A program made the position numbers and the translations under genes. This document shows positions 14,988 through 23,260 of a DNA stretch of 32,371 bases, one piece after another. This DNA is from Eubacteriales bacterium (GTDB lineage Bacteria > Bacillota > Clostridia > Oscillospirales > CAG-272). Where the stretch lies: positions 1 to 32,371 of the forward strand of contig JAZQVK010000027.1 in the NCBI GenBank assembly GCA_045631765.1. Reading direction: 5' to 3'. The stretch's first letter is position 1, and each line of letters opens with the position of its first letter. The notes beneath the pieces were generated by a model, which searched no databases, was not told the DNA's origin, and saw nothing but the letters and a program-made list of their open reading frames with translations.

Positions 14988-15587
14988 TTATGCAAACCTT
15001 TTCATCATAACGATTTCTGCGCAATTCCCCTTTACGCCAACGATTACGTCGTCAGCAACCGAGGCGATCACAGATTTCTCAAGCTCATCCCACGCCTCTG
15101 CCTGCTCTTCCTTTTTCACAGAGCTTCTGTATTCCTCCAATCTCCAAAGGTAAGCATAGTCTACGCCGTCGCAATATCCGTTCGCAAACCCAAACGATCC
15201 CGACGACAGGGCCAACGCTGCCATTTTCGTCTCGTCCAAGAAGAAGGTTTCAATGGCATCACGGATCTTGCCGACAATGCCAACCGCTTTGGCATTTTTC
15301 TTGTTCTTGGCAATACCGATCAGCTCCTCCTTCTTGTCAGCATTGAACTCGGGAATTTGAATAGAAACGTTTACCTTGCATACCCCCTCCTCGAACTCGA
15401 TCCAAAGCTTGCCTTCAAAATCGTCGATGATGTTGGGAAGCATTCCGTCGATCTCCTCGCAAAGCAAGCGTAATTGAAGCGCCTGCTTGTGACTAAGACC
15501 GTTATATTCCGCCACTCGTTCGCTTTCTCTCAGAATGGCATCCAGATCTCTTGTTCCTTTTTCGATGGTGCATACGTTTGATTTCAT
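14988..15587 (-). CDS. Hypothetical 199-aa cytoplasmic protein between the two STAS genes (possible degenerate GHKL/RsbW-like fold)
   Basis: Strong SD AAAGGAGAAAAGAT-ATG. I recognise no family. 'QLRLLCEEIDGMLPNII' and 'GKLWIEFEEGVCKVNVSI' resemble the RsbW N-box and following strand, but I see no G1 or G2 ATP-binding boxes. Confidence 0.65.
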   Translation of the reverse strand: MKSNVCTIEKGTRDLDAILRESERVAEYNGLSHKQALQLRLLCEEIDGMLPNIIDDFEGKLWIEFEEGVCKVNVSIQIPEFNADKKEELIGIAKNKKNAKAVGIVGKIRDAIETFFLDETKMAALALSSGSFGFANGYCDGVDYAYLWRLEEYRSSVKKEEQAEAWDELEKSVIASVADDVIVGVKGNCAEIVMMKRFA

Positions 15588-15599
15588 ATCTTTTCTCCT

Positions 15600-15908
15600 T
15601 TAATTCTTTTTCATTTCAATTGCCAAAATGTCAGCAAAGCCGGTCATCTCGAATACCTCCATAACCTCTTCGCAAACGTTGCTCACCTTCATAGAACCGA
15701 GCTTCTGCATCTTCTTCTGTGCGCCGAGAAGAACGCGAAGACCTGCGCTGGAGATATATTCCAGGCGGTTCAAATCAAGAACGAGGTTTTTCGTGCCCGC
15801 AATGTCATTGCTTATGGTTTTGTCAAGGGCGGGTGCCGTGGTGGTATCAAGTCTTCCTACAAGCTCGATAATGGTTTCTTCTGCGTTTCTCTTAATTTCG
15901 ATCGTCAT
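15600..15908 (-). CDS. STAS-domain anti-sigma-factor-antagonist-like protein, copy 1
   Basis: 102 aa: GRLDTTTAPALDKTI, LEYISSAGLRVLLGAQKK, VMEVFEMTGFADIL. It is very similar to copy 2. Confidence 0.9.
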   Translation of the reverse strand: MTIEIKRNAEETIIELVGRLDTTTAPALDKTISNDIAGTKNLVLDLNRLEYISSAGLRVLLGAQKKMQKLGSMKVSNVCEEVMEVFEMTGFADILAIEMKKN

Positions 15909-15929
15909 ACCTATAAATCTCCTTGCCGT

Positions 15930-18749
15930 TTAAATTTTTTTAATCATAGTCAGAACGTTTTCGCCGTTTTCATAGGCGTAGGTTACCGTATCCATCGTTT
16001 TCTTCGTAATGAAGATGCCAAGCCCGCCGATCTCACGATCCTCGGCTGACAGCGTGATGTCCGGATCAGGCTTTTGAAGTGGGTCAAACGGTGTGCCCTT
16101 ATCCCGCATTCGGAAGGTGATCTCGCGGCTTTCCGCATCAAATCCGATGCCGAGCGTCATATCTCCCTCACCGTCTCCGTAAGCGTAGTGAGCAACATTG
16201 ACGAATACTTCTTCAATGGCTACACAAATAGCCGTTTGAATTTTCATGGGGCATTCGTAGCCCTCCAGCGTTTGATCTACAAATCCAAGAACGTCGGATA
16301 ATACGTCTATCTTGGCAGGAAACGTCTTATTCGTCACGTGCACGCCTCCTTGCTTAGGTTTATAATCGAACATCAGCATCGTAATATCGTCAAACTGCGG
16401 TGCCTCGCCCACAAATTCATCAATATTGGCTTTTAAGGCCGGTAAAAAGTCGGTTGCCTCCGCCGAAGCGTTTTTGTTCATAAAGGCTAAGAGTCTATCC
16501 TCGCCGTAAAGCTTGTTTTCCGTATTCGTTGCCTCGGGCACGCCGTCGGTATACAAGAACAACCTGTCTCCGGGGTACATCATAAGCTCACCTACGCGGT
16601 AACGTACACCCTCCATGCCTGCAAGAACAAAGCCTGCGCGCGTTTTGAGATATTCAAAATCGCCATTCGCCCTCTTTAACAGGGGCGGATTGTGGCCGGC
16701 ATTGGCGAACTGCATGCTTCCTGTTGTCAAATCCAAAATGCCCATCCAAGCGGTAACGAACATGCCCGATTCATTGTTTTCACAAAGCTTTTCGTTTGCT
16801 TTTGTGAAAATATCGTTTACCGCCATACCGCTTTCCGCAAGGTCCTTGATAATGGTCTTGGCGGTCATCATAAACATCGCTGCCGGAATTCCCTTGCCCG
16901 ACACGTCAGCAGCAAGAAAGGCTACCGTGGTGTCGCTAAGCTTATAGAAATCGTAGAAATCTCCCCCGACCTCTTTTGCAGCGATCATCTGCGCGTATAT
17001 TTTATAATCCTCGTTTTCCGGGAAGTTGGTGGGTAGTGCCGAAAGCTGGATCTGCTTCGCGTATTCCAGCTCCTTGTCGATACGCGCCGCCGCTTCCGCG
17101 ATATAGCGCTTCAGAGTAGAGACTGTAGAGTTAATATCATCCGATAAGGACGCAAACTCCTGGCTTGACCGCACGTCCACCGTCACGTTCAGATCTCCCT
17201 TTGTGATCCGCCCGAGCGTATCGTTGATCTTCTGCAAATTATTGATAATAACACGCTTAATGAGTATGTAAACAAATACGAACAGGGTGGCAAAAATAAT
17301 AACCTGCATAAAGATGCTCGTATAAAGAGAGGCGTCACGCATAAACGTAGCCTCCGCCTCGGGCATTGCAGCAATAATGCAATATCCCTCGACAAACTTA
17401 AATACGTACATATATTTTGCATCGTTAATATCAGCATCATAAAGTGCTGTAGCGGTTTTGCCCTCTTTCATCTCATCAGGCACTTTAATTCCGATTTTGG
17501 ACAGCGGGGCTCCCGCATATCCGTCTCTATCGGTAACAATGGTAAGCGTTTCGTCGCAGATCGCTACAAATCCGTTTGTTCCAACGTGACGGTTTTTCGT
17601 AAAGTCGATCACGTATTCATCCAAAATATTATGGAACTGCTCTGCATCGCAGCCAACCTGAATAAATCCGCCCTCCGTAAGATTGACGGCAGCATATTTT
17701 CTCCACACCGAGCCGTCCTTCCCTCTCGGGCTGTACTTCTGCACGAAAGAATCCTGCTCCCGCAAGGTATCAACGAACTCTTTAGACTGCTCCTTGCTTT
17801 TCATATCGTAATGGATACTGTCATCTTCCGTGGAGTCCAGGATAATTCCCTCCCGGCTGACAACGTTGATCTCAACGATTCCGTATTTTTCTACGATATC
17901 AAACAGTGATGCATTCGGATCGTTTTCATATTCAACCTTGACGGCCTCGGCAATGCCAAGAAGGTGGGCATTGGATTTTCCGTTAATGTCTGCCTCCACG
18001 TCGTTTATCGCAGCCGTAAACACTTCCTTTGTTTCAATCTTTACCATCCCGTTTTGGAGAATGTAGGTAAAGGCGCTGGTAACAAGATACGCGATCACGA
18101 TGCAAGCCAAAAGCCAACGCTGAAAGGTACTGGAAATCCCTTCACTATCCTTCTTTAATCGAAAACGCTCATGGCTTAGCAGAGAAACGATAATGATCGC
18201 ACAACCAACAGCCACCGCATTGCCGATCACCATCGGAATAGTGGCCCCCTTGACAAACTCAAAGGCCTGGGAGGAATTATCCATATTGGTAATAAAGATC
18301 AATATCATATGGATAACTTCACAGGCAACCGCGATGCAAACGCCGTAACCCCAGGTAGGCTTTTTATTGTCAAACATCAGCTTTCTGAGCCCTGCCGCCA
18401 TCAAGCCGGAAAGAATCGTTGCGATACTACAGGCAAGCTGCGTGTAAGTGCCGGCGCCCCAATATACCGAAAACCAACGGTAAAGGCCACCGAGGCATCC
18501 CGAAATAATACCTGCGGGAGCACCAAATATAAGACCTGCTGACAGCGGTGCGGCATCACGAACGTTGACAACGGCACCGAGCCACTCTACACCGTAGCTT
18601 GATGCAAAAGCCGATACGCCGCCAAAAAGAACGCCGACCAGGATCTGCTTTGTCATATACGGTAATTTTTTTGCGGGCGTGTATTTATCTGCCAAGTAAA
18701 CACAAAGCACAAGAAAGCAGTTAATCAATATGGGAATCGTTAATCTCAT
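15930..18749 (-). CDS. Membrane sensor: 5TMR-LYT-like domain, extracytoplasmic domain, HAMP, PP2C/SpoIIE phosphatase and RsbW-like HATPase (Ser kinase) domain
   Basis: 939 aa; all boundaries below are approximate.
- aa 1-195: multi-TM region with 'VNVRDAAPLSAGLIFGAPAGIISGCLGGLYRW' (LytS-type 5TM receptor pattern; nt 18165-18749).
- aa 233-474: between TM helices (nt 17328-18053).
- aa 498-550: HAMP-like.
- aa 565-797: PP2C motifs VGGDFYDF, LAADVSGKGIPAA, LYTDGVPEA, FDDITML (nt 16359-17057).
- aa 808-939: HATPase_c_2-like motifs EEVFVNVAHYAY, RDKGTPFDP, GGLGIFITKK (nt 15933-16328). Confidence 0.9.
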   Translation of the reverse strand: MRLTIPILINCFLVLCVYLADKYTPAKKLPYMTKQILVGVLFGGVSAFASSYGVEWLGAVVNVRDAAPLSAGLIFGAPAGIISGCLGGLYRWFSVYWGAGTYTQLACSIATILSGLMAAGLRKLMFDNKKPTWGYGVCIAVACEVIHMILIFITNMDNSSQAFEFVKGATIPMVIGNAVAVGCAIIIVSLLSHERFRLKKDSEGISSTFQRWLLACIVIAYLVTSAFTYILQNGMVKIETKEVFTAAINDVEADINGKSNAHLLGIAEAVKVEYENDPNASLFDIVEKYGIVEINVVSREGIILDSTEDDSIHYDMKSKEQSKEFVDTLREQDSFVQKYSPRGKDGSVWRKYAAVNLTEGGFIQVGCDAEQFHNILDEYVIDFTKNRHVGTNGFVAICDETLTIVTDRDGYAGAPLSKIGIKVPDEMKEGKTATALYDADINDAKYMYVFKFVEGYCIIAAMPEAEATFMRDASLYTSIFMQVIIFATLFVFVYILIKRVIINNLQKINDTLGRITKGDLNVTVDVRSSQEFASLSDDINSTVSTLKRYIAEAAARIDKELEYAKQIQLSALPTNFPENEDYKIYAQMIAAKEVGGDFYDFYKLSDTTVAFLAADVSGKGIPAAMFMMTAKTIIKDLAESGMAVNDIFTKANEKLCENNESGMFVTAWMGILDLTTGSMQFANAGHNPPLLKRANGDFEYLKTRAGFVLAGMEGVRYRVGELMMYPGDRLFLYTDGVPEATNTENKLYGEDRLLAFMNKNASAEATDFLPALKANIDEFVGEAPQFDDITMLMFDYKPKQGGVHVTNKTFPAKIDVLSDVLGFVDQTLEGYECPMKIQTAICVAIEEVFVNVAHYAYGDGEGDMTLGIGFDAESREITFRMRDKGTPFDPLQKPDPDITLSAEDREIGGLGIFITKKTMDTVTYAYENGENVLTMIKKI

Positions 18750-18761
18750 CTCAATACCTCT

Positions 18762-19721
18762 TTACGCAAGAAAATCTATCAAAAGCATCACATAATCAGC
18801 AAGGATATTTCCAACAATACCAATCGCCATCAGCAGCACCATGTATAAAAACATGCTTCCGCGGCTAACAGAATCCTTCGTAATGTTATAATAAAAATTA
18901 AACTGTCCCTGCAAATTATCCTCCCGGCTCTGATTCCATTGATACGTGATTACGTCCTCACGTTTATATTCCTCGGGAAGATAGCCTTCATACAAATTTT
19001 CTTCCAATCGGTGAATACGATAACAGCCGGAATCGTTCAGATCGTAATTTTCATCAATCGAAAGCGTAATGACCGCCTTTTTTAATTTCTGACGGTGAAA
19101 CGCCCCGATCCTGGTAATTTCTTCGGGCAAAAGCCTCGATTCATTTACCCGTATGGAATATCCGTATTTTTCTGAAACCACCGGGGTTGTGATCAAATCG
19201 CGCAGTCTTGCAAGCGCATTTCCCATGTTGACACGAGGCTTAAATATTTCATTTAGGGATTTATGCGGCATGCGCCAGATAAAATACGCCTCATCATTAT
19301 CCAAAAACGGCTGCAACGCAGTTAAATCAATGCCGATCAGCGTACCGTCAGCCAAGTGCTCTGCCTGACAATCCAACGTGCTTATATGCACGATATCCAC
19401 AGTCTTTCCGTTATATGCGATCTCGGAGGTGTGCTCGTTCTTCATATAGTCCACGATGCAAGCTGCGCTAAAGGTTGCCTGCAAAATTTTTGTATCGTTA
19501 AAGCGCAGCGATACGTCCTCTATTTCATGCTGAGGCACGGCAAACGGAACGTATACGTGTAAGGCCTTGCTGGCCTTTATGCCGCGTATGCGCACTGCTA
19601 TATCTACGTAGCTCTTTCCCTTGGGGTTTAGCCAATCGTTGATGTATACCGTGCTGGTATCATCTCCGTCGATCCATACCGCCCAACCGTCATCGGCGAA
19701 TTTTCTTTGTTTTTTAGGCAT
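18762..19721 (-). CDS. Hypothetical 319-aa protein with a single C-terminal TM helix (tail-anchored), no recognised family
   Basis: SD AGGGA upstream. It lies 12 nt upstream of the sensor gene and 19 nt downstream of guanine deaminase. The C-terminus 'SMFLYMVLLMAIGIVGNILADYVMLLIDFL' is hydrophobic. Confidence 0.7.
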   Translation of the reverse strand: MPKKQRKFADDGWAVWIDGDDTSTVYINDWLNPKGKSYVDIAVRIRGIKASKALHVYVPFAVPQHEIEDVSLRFNDTKILQATFSAACIVDYMKNEHTSEIAYNGKTVDIVHISTLDCQAEHLADGTLIGIDLTALQPFLDNDEAYFIWRMPHKSLNEIFKPRVNMGNALARLRDLITTPVVSEKYGYSIRVNESRLLPEEITRIGAFHRQKLKKAVITLSIDENYDLNDSGCYRIHRLEENLYEGYLPEEYKREDVITYQWNQSREDNLQGQFNFYYNITKDSVSRGSMFLYMVLLMAIGIVGNILADYVMLLIDFLA

Positions 19722-19740
19722 TTCTTCCCTGCACCTTCTC

Positions 19741-21036
19741 CTATAGAATATGTCTTCCCGCTACAAGCTTAGCGGCAATATTTTTCTCATCTAATCCCAA
19801 ATAAACAGCGCGCTCCATTCGTTCTGCAAGATTGAGGCGCTGGGGATGGGGGAGCACGCTGTCATCCAAGACAACTGCATCAAATTCATACCCCTCTTCA
19901 AAGCTTCCCACCTTGCCAAAGAATGCTCCACCGCCCTTTGTTGCAAGATAAAAGGCTTCCGAAAATACAAGAGGCTTATAGGCTTCATCTACCATTCTGA
20001 AATACAGCTTGGATACCTGGATCGCATCGGTGATAGCCCGGAATATAGACGCACTATGTCCACCTGCAACGTCACTGCCAAGCCCGATATTTAGCCCGAG
20101 ATCCAGATATTTACGAATCGGAGCAATACCCGAGGTAAGGTTCATATTGGAAGCAGGGCAATGCGCTACAAACACGCCGTTTTTGCGCATCAGCGCCACC
20201 TCCTCATCGGTTGACCAAACACAATGCGCCATCACGGTTTTTACGTCGGTATTTATATCGTCGTTTTTGCCGAACAGGTCGTATTCGTTATAGGACTCCC
20301 CATAAAAAGCATTGTCGGGGCGAAGGATTTTCACAAAATCGATCTCCCCCTTGCTTTCCGAAAGGTGCGATTGTACGGGGATGCCGTAGGCCATCTGAAT
20401 TTCCCTGAGCTCTTCCATCAGCTTATCTGTACAGCAAGGAATAAATCTCGGAGTCAGGATCGGTTTTGTATTCTTGAATTTGTCCTTTACCGCGTTGATC
20501 CAGCCAAACGTGGTGTATGCGGAAATATCGGCGCTGTCCTCGGTAAGCGCCTCGCTTGCTTCTCTGTCCATATTGACCTTACCAACGTAGCTGATAAGTC
20601 CGCTTTCCTCCATAAGCTTCATGAAAAGCTCGGTAGCATAGCGATGGCGAGTTGCAAAAATGCAAGCCCTTGTGGTAGCCCCCGTTTTCAAGGCATCTAC
20701 GAAGATGCCGTATGCTCTTTCGGCATACTCGAGGTTCTCGTATTTTTCTTCCTCGGGGAAGGTATAGCGGCTCAGCCAATCCATCAGCTCAAGATCCATA
20801 CACATTCCACGAAACGCATACTGCGGTGCGTGTACGTGAAGATCGACCATGCCCGGAAATACCAACAAATCCCCATAGTCATAAAGCGGAAGGCGCGCAT
20901 ATTCTGCAGGCAAGGTATGAAATATGCCTCGCGACACACCATCTACACAAACGGCAAAAGCCCCCTCGTGCAGATCAAGCTCTTGCGGATCCTTCGTTTG
21001 GCAGATATTGCCCTTGATTACAAAGCTATTATTCAT
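19741..21036 (-). CDS. guaD: Guanine deaminase (amidohydrolase superfamily)
   Basis: 431 aa. 'FPGMVDLHVHAPQYAFRGMCMDLELMDWLSRYTFPEEEKYENLEYAERAYGIFVDALKTGATT' closely parallels the E. coli GuaD N-terminal region as I recall it (PGFIDTHIHYPQ...LLEWL..HTFP.E..Y.DLEYA). SD GAGGAGG upstream. Confidence 0.8.
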   Translation of the reverse strand: MNNSFVIKGNICQTKDPQELDLHEGAFAVCVDGVSRGIFHTLPAEYARLPLYDYGDLLVFPGMVDLHVHAPQYAFRGMCMDLELMDWLSRYTFPEEEKYENLEYAERAYGIFVDALKTGATTRACIFATRHRYATELFMKLMEESGLISYVGKVNMDREASEALTEDSADISAYTTFGWINAVKDKFKNTKPILTPRFIPCCTDKLMEELREIQMAYGIPVQSHLSESKGEIDFVKILRPDNAFYGESYNEYDLFGKNDDINTDVKTVMAHCVWSTDEEVALMRKNGVFVAHCPASNMNLTSGIAPIRKYLDLGLNIGLGSDVAGGHSASIFRAITDAIQVSKLYFRMVDEAYKPLVFSEAFYLATKGGGAFFGKVGSFEEGYEFDAVVLDDSVLPHPQRLNLAERMERAVYLGLDEKNIAAKLVAGRHIL

Positions 21037-21083
21037 CGCGCCCTCCTCTTCAAATTCACAAATGAAAGCAGGATACGTATTAG

Positions 21084-21308
21084 TTAACGAATTCCGTCGA
21101 AATATTGGCTACAGGCCATTAAATATTCCGTCCAATCAAATTTCGTTTCAATATCGTACTTATCTAAGATCGTATTGAGATCCGCAACTCTTTGGAAGAG
21201 CTCCTTGATCTGCGCTTTTTCCTCCTCCGTGTATTGTTCGTAGTTGTCTAATAGATCTTCCACTACTGTCTTGAACTTTTTCATTAACTCTTTCTTTTCG
21301 CTTTTCAT
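21084..21308 (-). CDS. Small helical hypothetical protein (74 aa)
   Basis: Strong SD GGAGGTAAGCAA-ATG. The protein is charged and helical (KKELMKKFKTVVEDLLDNYEQYTEEEKAQIKELF). I recognise no family. Confidence 0.55.
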   Translation of the reverse strand: MKSEKKELMKKFKTVVEDLLDNYEQYTEEEKAQIKELFQRVADLNTILDKYDIETKFDWTEYLMACSQYFDGIR

Positions 21309-21393
21309 TTTTGCTTACCTCCATGTTGTTCAACTTGGTTTTTTATTTACGTGCTTCTATTAAAAAGCTATCAATTCGGCGGGTGTCGGATCG

Positions 21394-22062
21394 TTATTCT
21401 TTGTTCATCGGCTCTCTCGCCATAGCGTAATGCGTAACAGGCGTTTTCGGTATCAGCTCCTCCCTCATTAAATCGAAGCCATAGTGCCGATAAAGCCCCA
21501 CGTTCGCCTCCTTATTGGTCTCCAAATAGGCTACCATGCGCTCGTCATCACAAAACTGCAGCATCGGGCGCATCAGCCTGCTGGCAATTCCCTTGCCCTG
21601 CGCCTCCTTTTTAATGGAGAGATTATATAAATACCAATCGTAATTATCGGTGAACTCTTTTTTCAGGCCCATCGCATAGGCCTCGTAGGTTAACAGCCTG
21701 CCGATAATTCCAAGGCCCGCATGAAACACGAGGCTTAGCCCGCCATTCATGAAAAACGGAAGCGCCTTGCTGCCGGCAAAGCCAAAGGGGAGCCATACGG
21801 CAAAGCCGTTCATTTCTTCACTATCGGCATACATGACCGCATCCTCGGTCATGGTTTTGAGCGAGATCTGCATGATCAGCTTAGATGCCTTGGCATCATA
21901 TTTCCCCCCCGTAAACCAATTGTGCAAGGGATAGTCGCGGTATGCATCCGCCGCGACCTCGGCCAAGCGGTCAAGATCCTTTTTCTGAACTAAGTATAAG
22001 CCCGCCATTTCTATCGCCTTTTTGGCAAGCGGGATTTCTATTTTTCTAACCAGTTTATCCAT
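21394..22062 (-). CDS. GNAT-family N-acetyltransferase
   Basis: 222 aa. 'LYNLSIKKEAQGKGIASRLMRPML' is the acetyl-CoA motif A (QxxGxG/A), followed by 'YLETNKEANVGLYRHYGF'. SD GAGGAG upstream. Confidence 0.75.
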   Translation of the reverse strand: MDKLVRKIEIPLAKKAIEMAGLYLVQKKDLDRLAEVAADAYRDYPLHNWFTGGKYDAKASKLIMQISLKTMTEDAVMYADSEEMNGFAVWLPFGFAGSKALPFFMNGGLSLVFHAGLGIIGRLLTYEAYAMGLKKEFTDNYDWYLYNLSIKKEAQGKGIASRLMRPMLQFCDDERMVAYLETNKEANVGLYRHYGFDLMREELIPKTPVTHYAMAREPMNKE

Positions 22063-22088
22063 GTAAGCTCCTCATTTGGCTGATAAAT

Positions 22089-22619
22089 TCACCGATCTGT
22101 CGGTATTTCCGCCTCGCAAAGGAAGGTCATCAGCGCGTCTGCGGTCTCCTTCACGTTAGAGACGAAGCACAATTTATAGCTTCCGTATCCGGGTACGTCC
22201 AAAATCAAATCTCCGTATTTCTCCGAGAACAAATGGATCATGAGCACCGCTATAAGCTCTTTTGAATAGATAAAGGGAAGATGATACGTTACCATCGCGC
22301 CCTCAAAGGCAGAAAGCGGTATCTTGGCTTGCTTGTTGCCGTAAACGTAGACGTATTCACCGTCTGTCTCTGCCAGCACCTCGGGCGATTTACGGTAAAT
22401 ACGATAGGGGCGTATGAAAAGAAAGTATGCAAACGAGCCAAACATCAGCATACCTATCACCACAACACCAAGAACGTAAGGATTCAGGAGCAAGGATGCA
22501 TCTCCCAACAGAACGGCAATGGGAAGTCCGAGCATCGCCGCCGCCATGACGATCGCGCCGATCACCAGCTGCACCCTTAAAATACCGAACGAACTCATTT
22601 TTTTGACTAATATTTTCAT
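22089..22619 (-). CDS. Membrane protein, unknown function (2 TM plus a soluble C-terminal domain)
   Basis: 176-aa ORF with SD GGAG. Two N-terminal hydrophobic helices are followed by a ~100-aa domain. Confidence 0.6.
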   Translation of the reverse strand: MKILVKKMSSFGILRVQLVIGAIVMAAAMLGLPIAVLLGDASLLLNPYVLGVVVIGMLMFGSFAYFLFIRPYRIYRKSPEVLAETDGEYVYVYGNKQAKIPLSAFEGAMVTYHLPFIYSKELIAVLMIHLFSEKYGDLILDVPGYGSYKLCFVSNVKETADALMTFLCEAEIPTDR

Positions 22620-22735
22620 AAAACCACTCCGTGATCTATTTTATAAAATAACGTTTCAAGCTTTTTCGACCTAATCAGCTTACGTATCAGCAAAACTGCA
22701 GAGGCCTTGACCGCGCTTGCATAACACTATCGGTT

Positions 22736-23218
22736 TTATTTTCGATTCATCCTCAAAATTGAAGTGATGGTTTCGATCCCCGCCGGGCATACACTCTGAC
22801 AAGACAGCGCCTTGTCGGTTGAAACGGCGGCGTGCGCCAAAGCGATTGCGAAGAAGAGCGGGGGAACGATCGTGTGAACGATTTGCGGCGGCTGCATGGC
22901 ACCGGATGCGCCCGCAATATGCAAGGCGGTAAATGCGATCAACAAAATTCCGCTTACACGCTGAAAGATCGTAGCACCGTTCATGCTGGGATAGCTTTTT
23001 ACCTTCCGCCTTTCACCTTCCATGTGAGAGGAGATCACAAGATCTATACTGATGAACGCGTGTAGCGCCACCAAGCCCGCCAATATCCAAGGTACCATAG
23101 GCGCGCTCTGCGCAACGCTTCCCCTTGAAAGCATCCAAACAGAAGTAAACATGGCGTGATCCAGCAGTAAAAGGGTAGTCAACAGACTGATTATTGCGTT
23201 GATCTTACGCATGAGCAT
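22736..23218 (-). CDS. Membrane protein, unknown function
   Basis: 160-aa ORF with SD AAAGGAGA 7 nt upstream. It has 4 hydrophobic segments with conserved-looking His residues. Confidence 0.6.
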   Translation of the reverse strand: MLMRKINAIISLLTTLLLLDHAMFTSVWMLSRGSVAQSAPMVPWILAGLVALHAFISIDLVISSHMEGERRKVKSYPSMNGATIFQRVSGILLIAFTALHIAGASGAMQPPQIVHTIVPPLFFAIALAHAAVSTDKALSCQSVCPAGIETITSILRMNRK

Positions 23219-23260
23219 ACGCTTTCTCCTTTTGGTACTCTTTTCGCTATCATTGCCGCG

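Noticed and set aside
11394-21036. Search for a sigma factor, anti-sigma factor or other transcription factor that would make this a classical partner switch
   Set aside because: None of the ORFs in or next to the operon shows sigma-70 region 2/4 patterns or an HTH. The absence is reported as a finding rather than annotated as a feature. A sigma gene outside the window cannot be excluded.
20224-21087. 287-aa plus-strand ORF opposite guaD. The same applies to 26023..26877, 23638..24303, 7981..8565, 8040..8720 and 2377..2955
   Set aside because: All are antisense to ORFs with clear family signatures or membrane-protein character, and all lack SD sequences. I treat them as non-coding shadows.
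21084-22062. Small 74-aa gene plus GNAT acetyltransferase as a GNAT-type toxin-antitoxin pair
   Set aside because: The GNAT protein (222 aa) is larger than TacT/KacT-type toxins. The small protein shows no RHH- or HTH-like DNA-binding pattern, the order and 85-nt gap are atypical, and there is no overlap or coupling.
22736-22800. C-terminal 'SCQSVCPAGI' of the 160-aa membrane protein resembles the end of a 4Fe-4S ferredoxin motif (CxxxCP)
   Set aside because: Only one partial motif is present, without the preceding CxxCxxC. That is too little to claim a ferredoxin remnant or a gene fusion.
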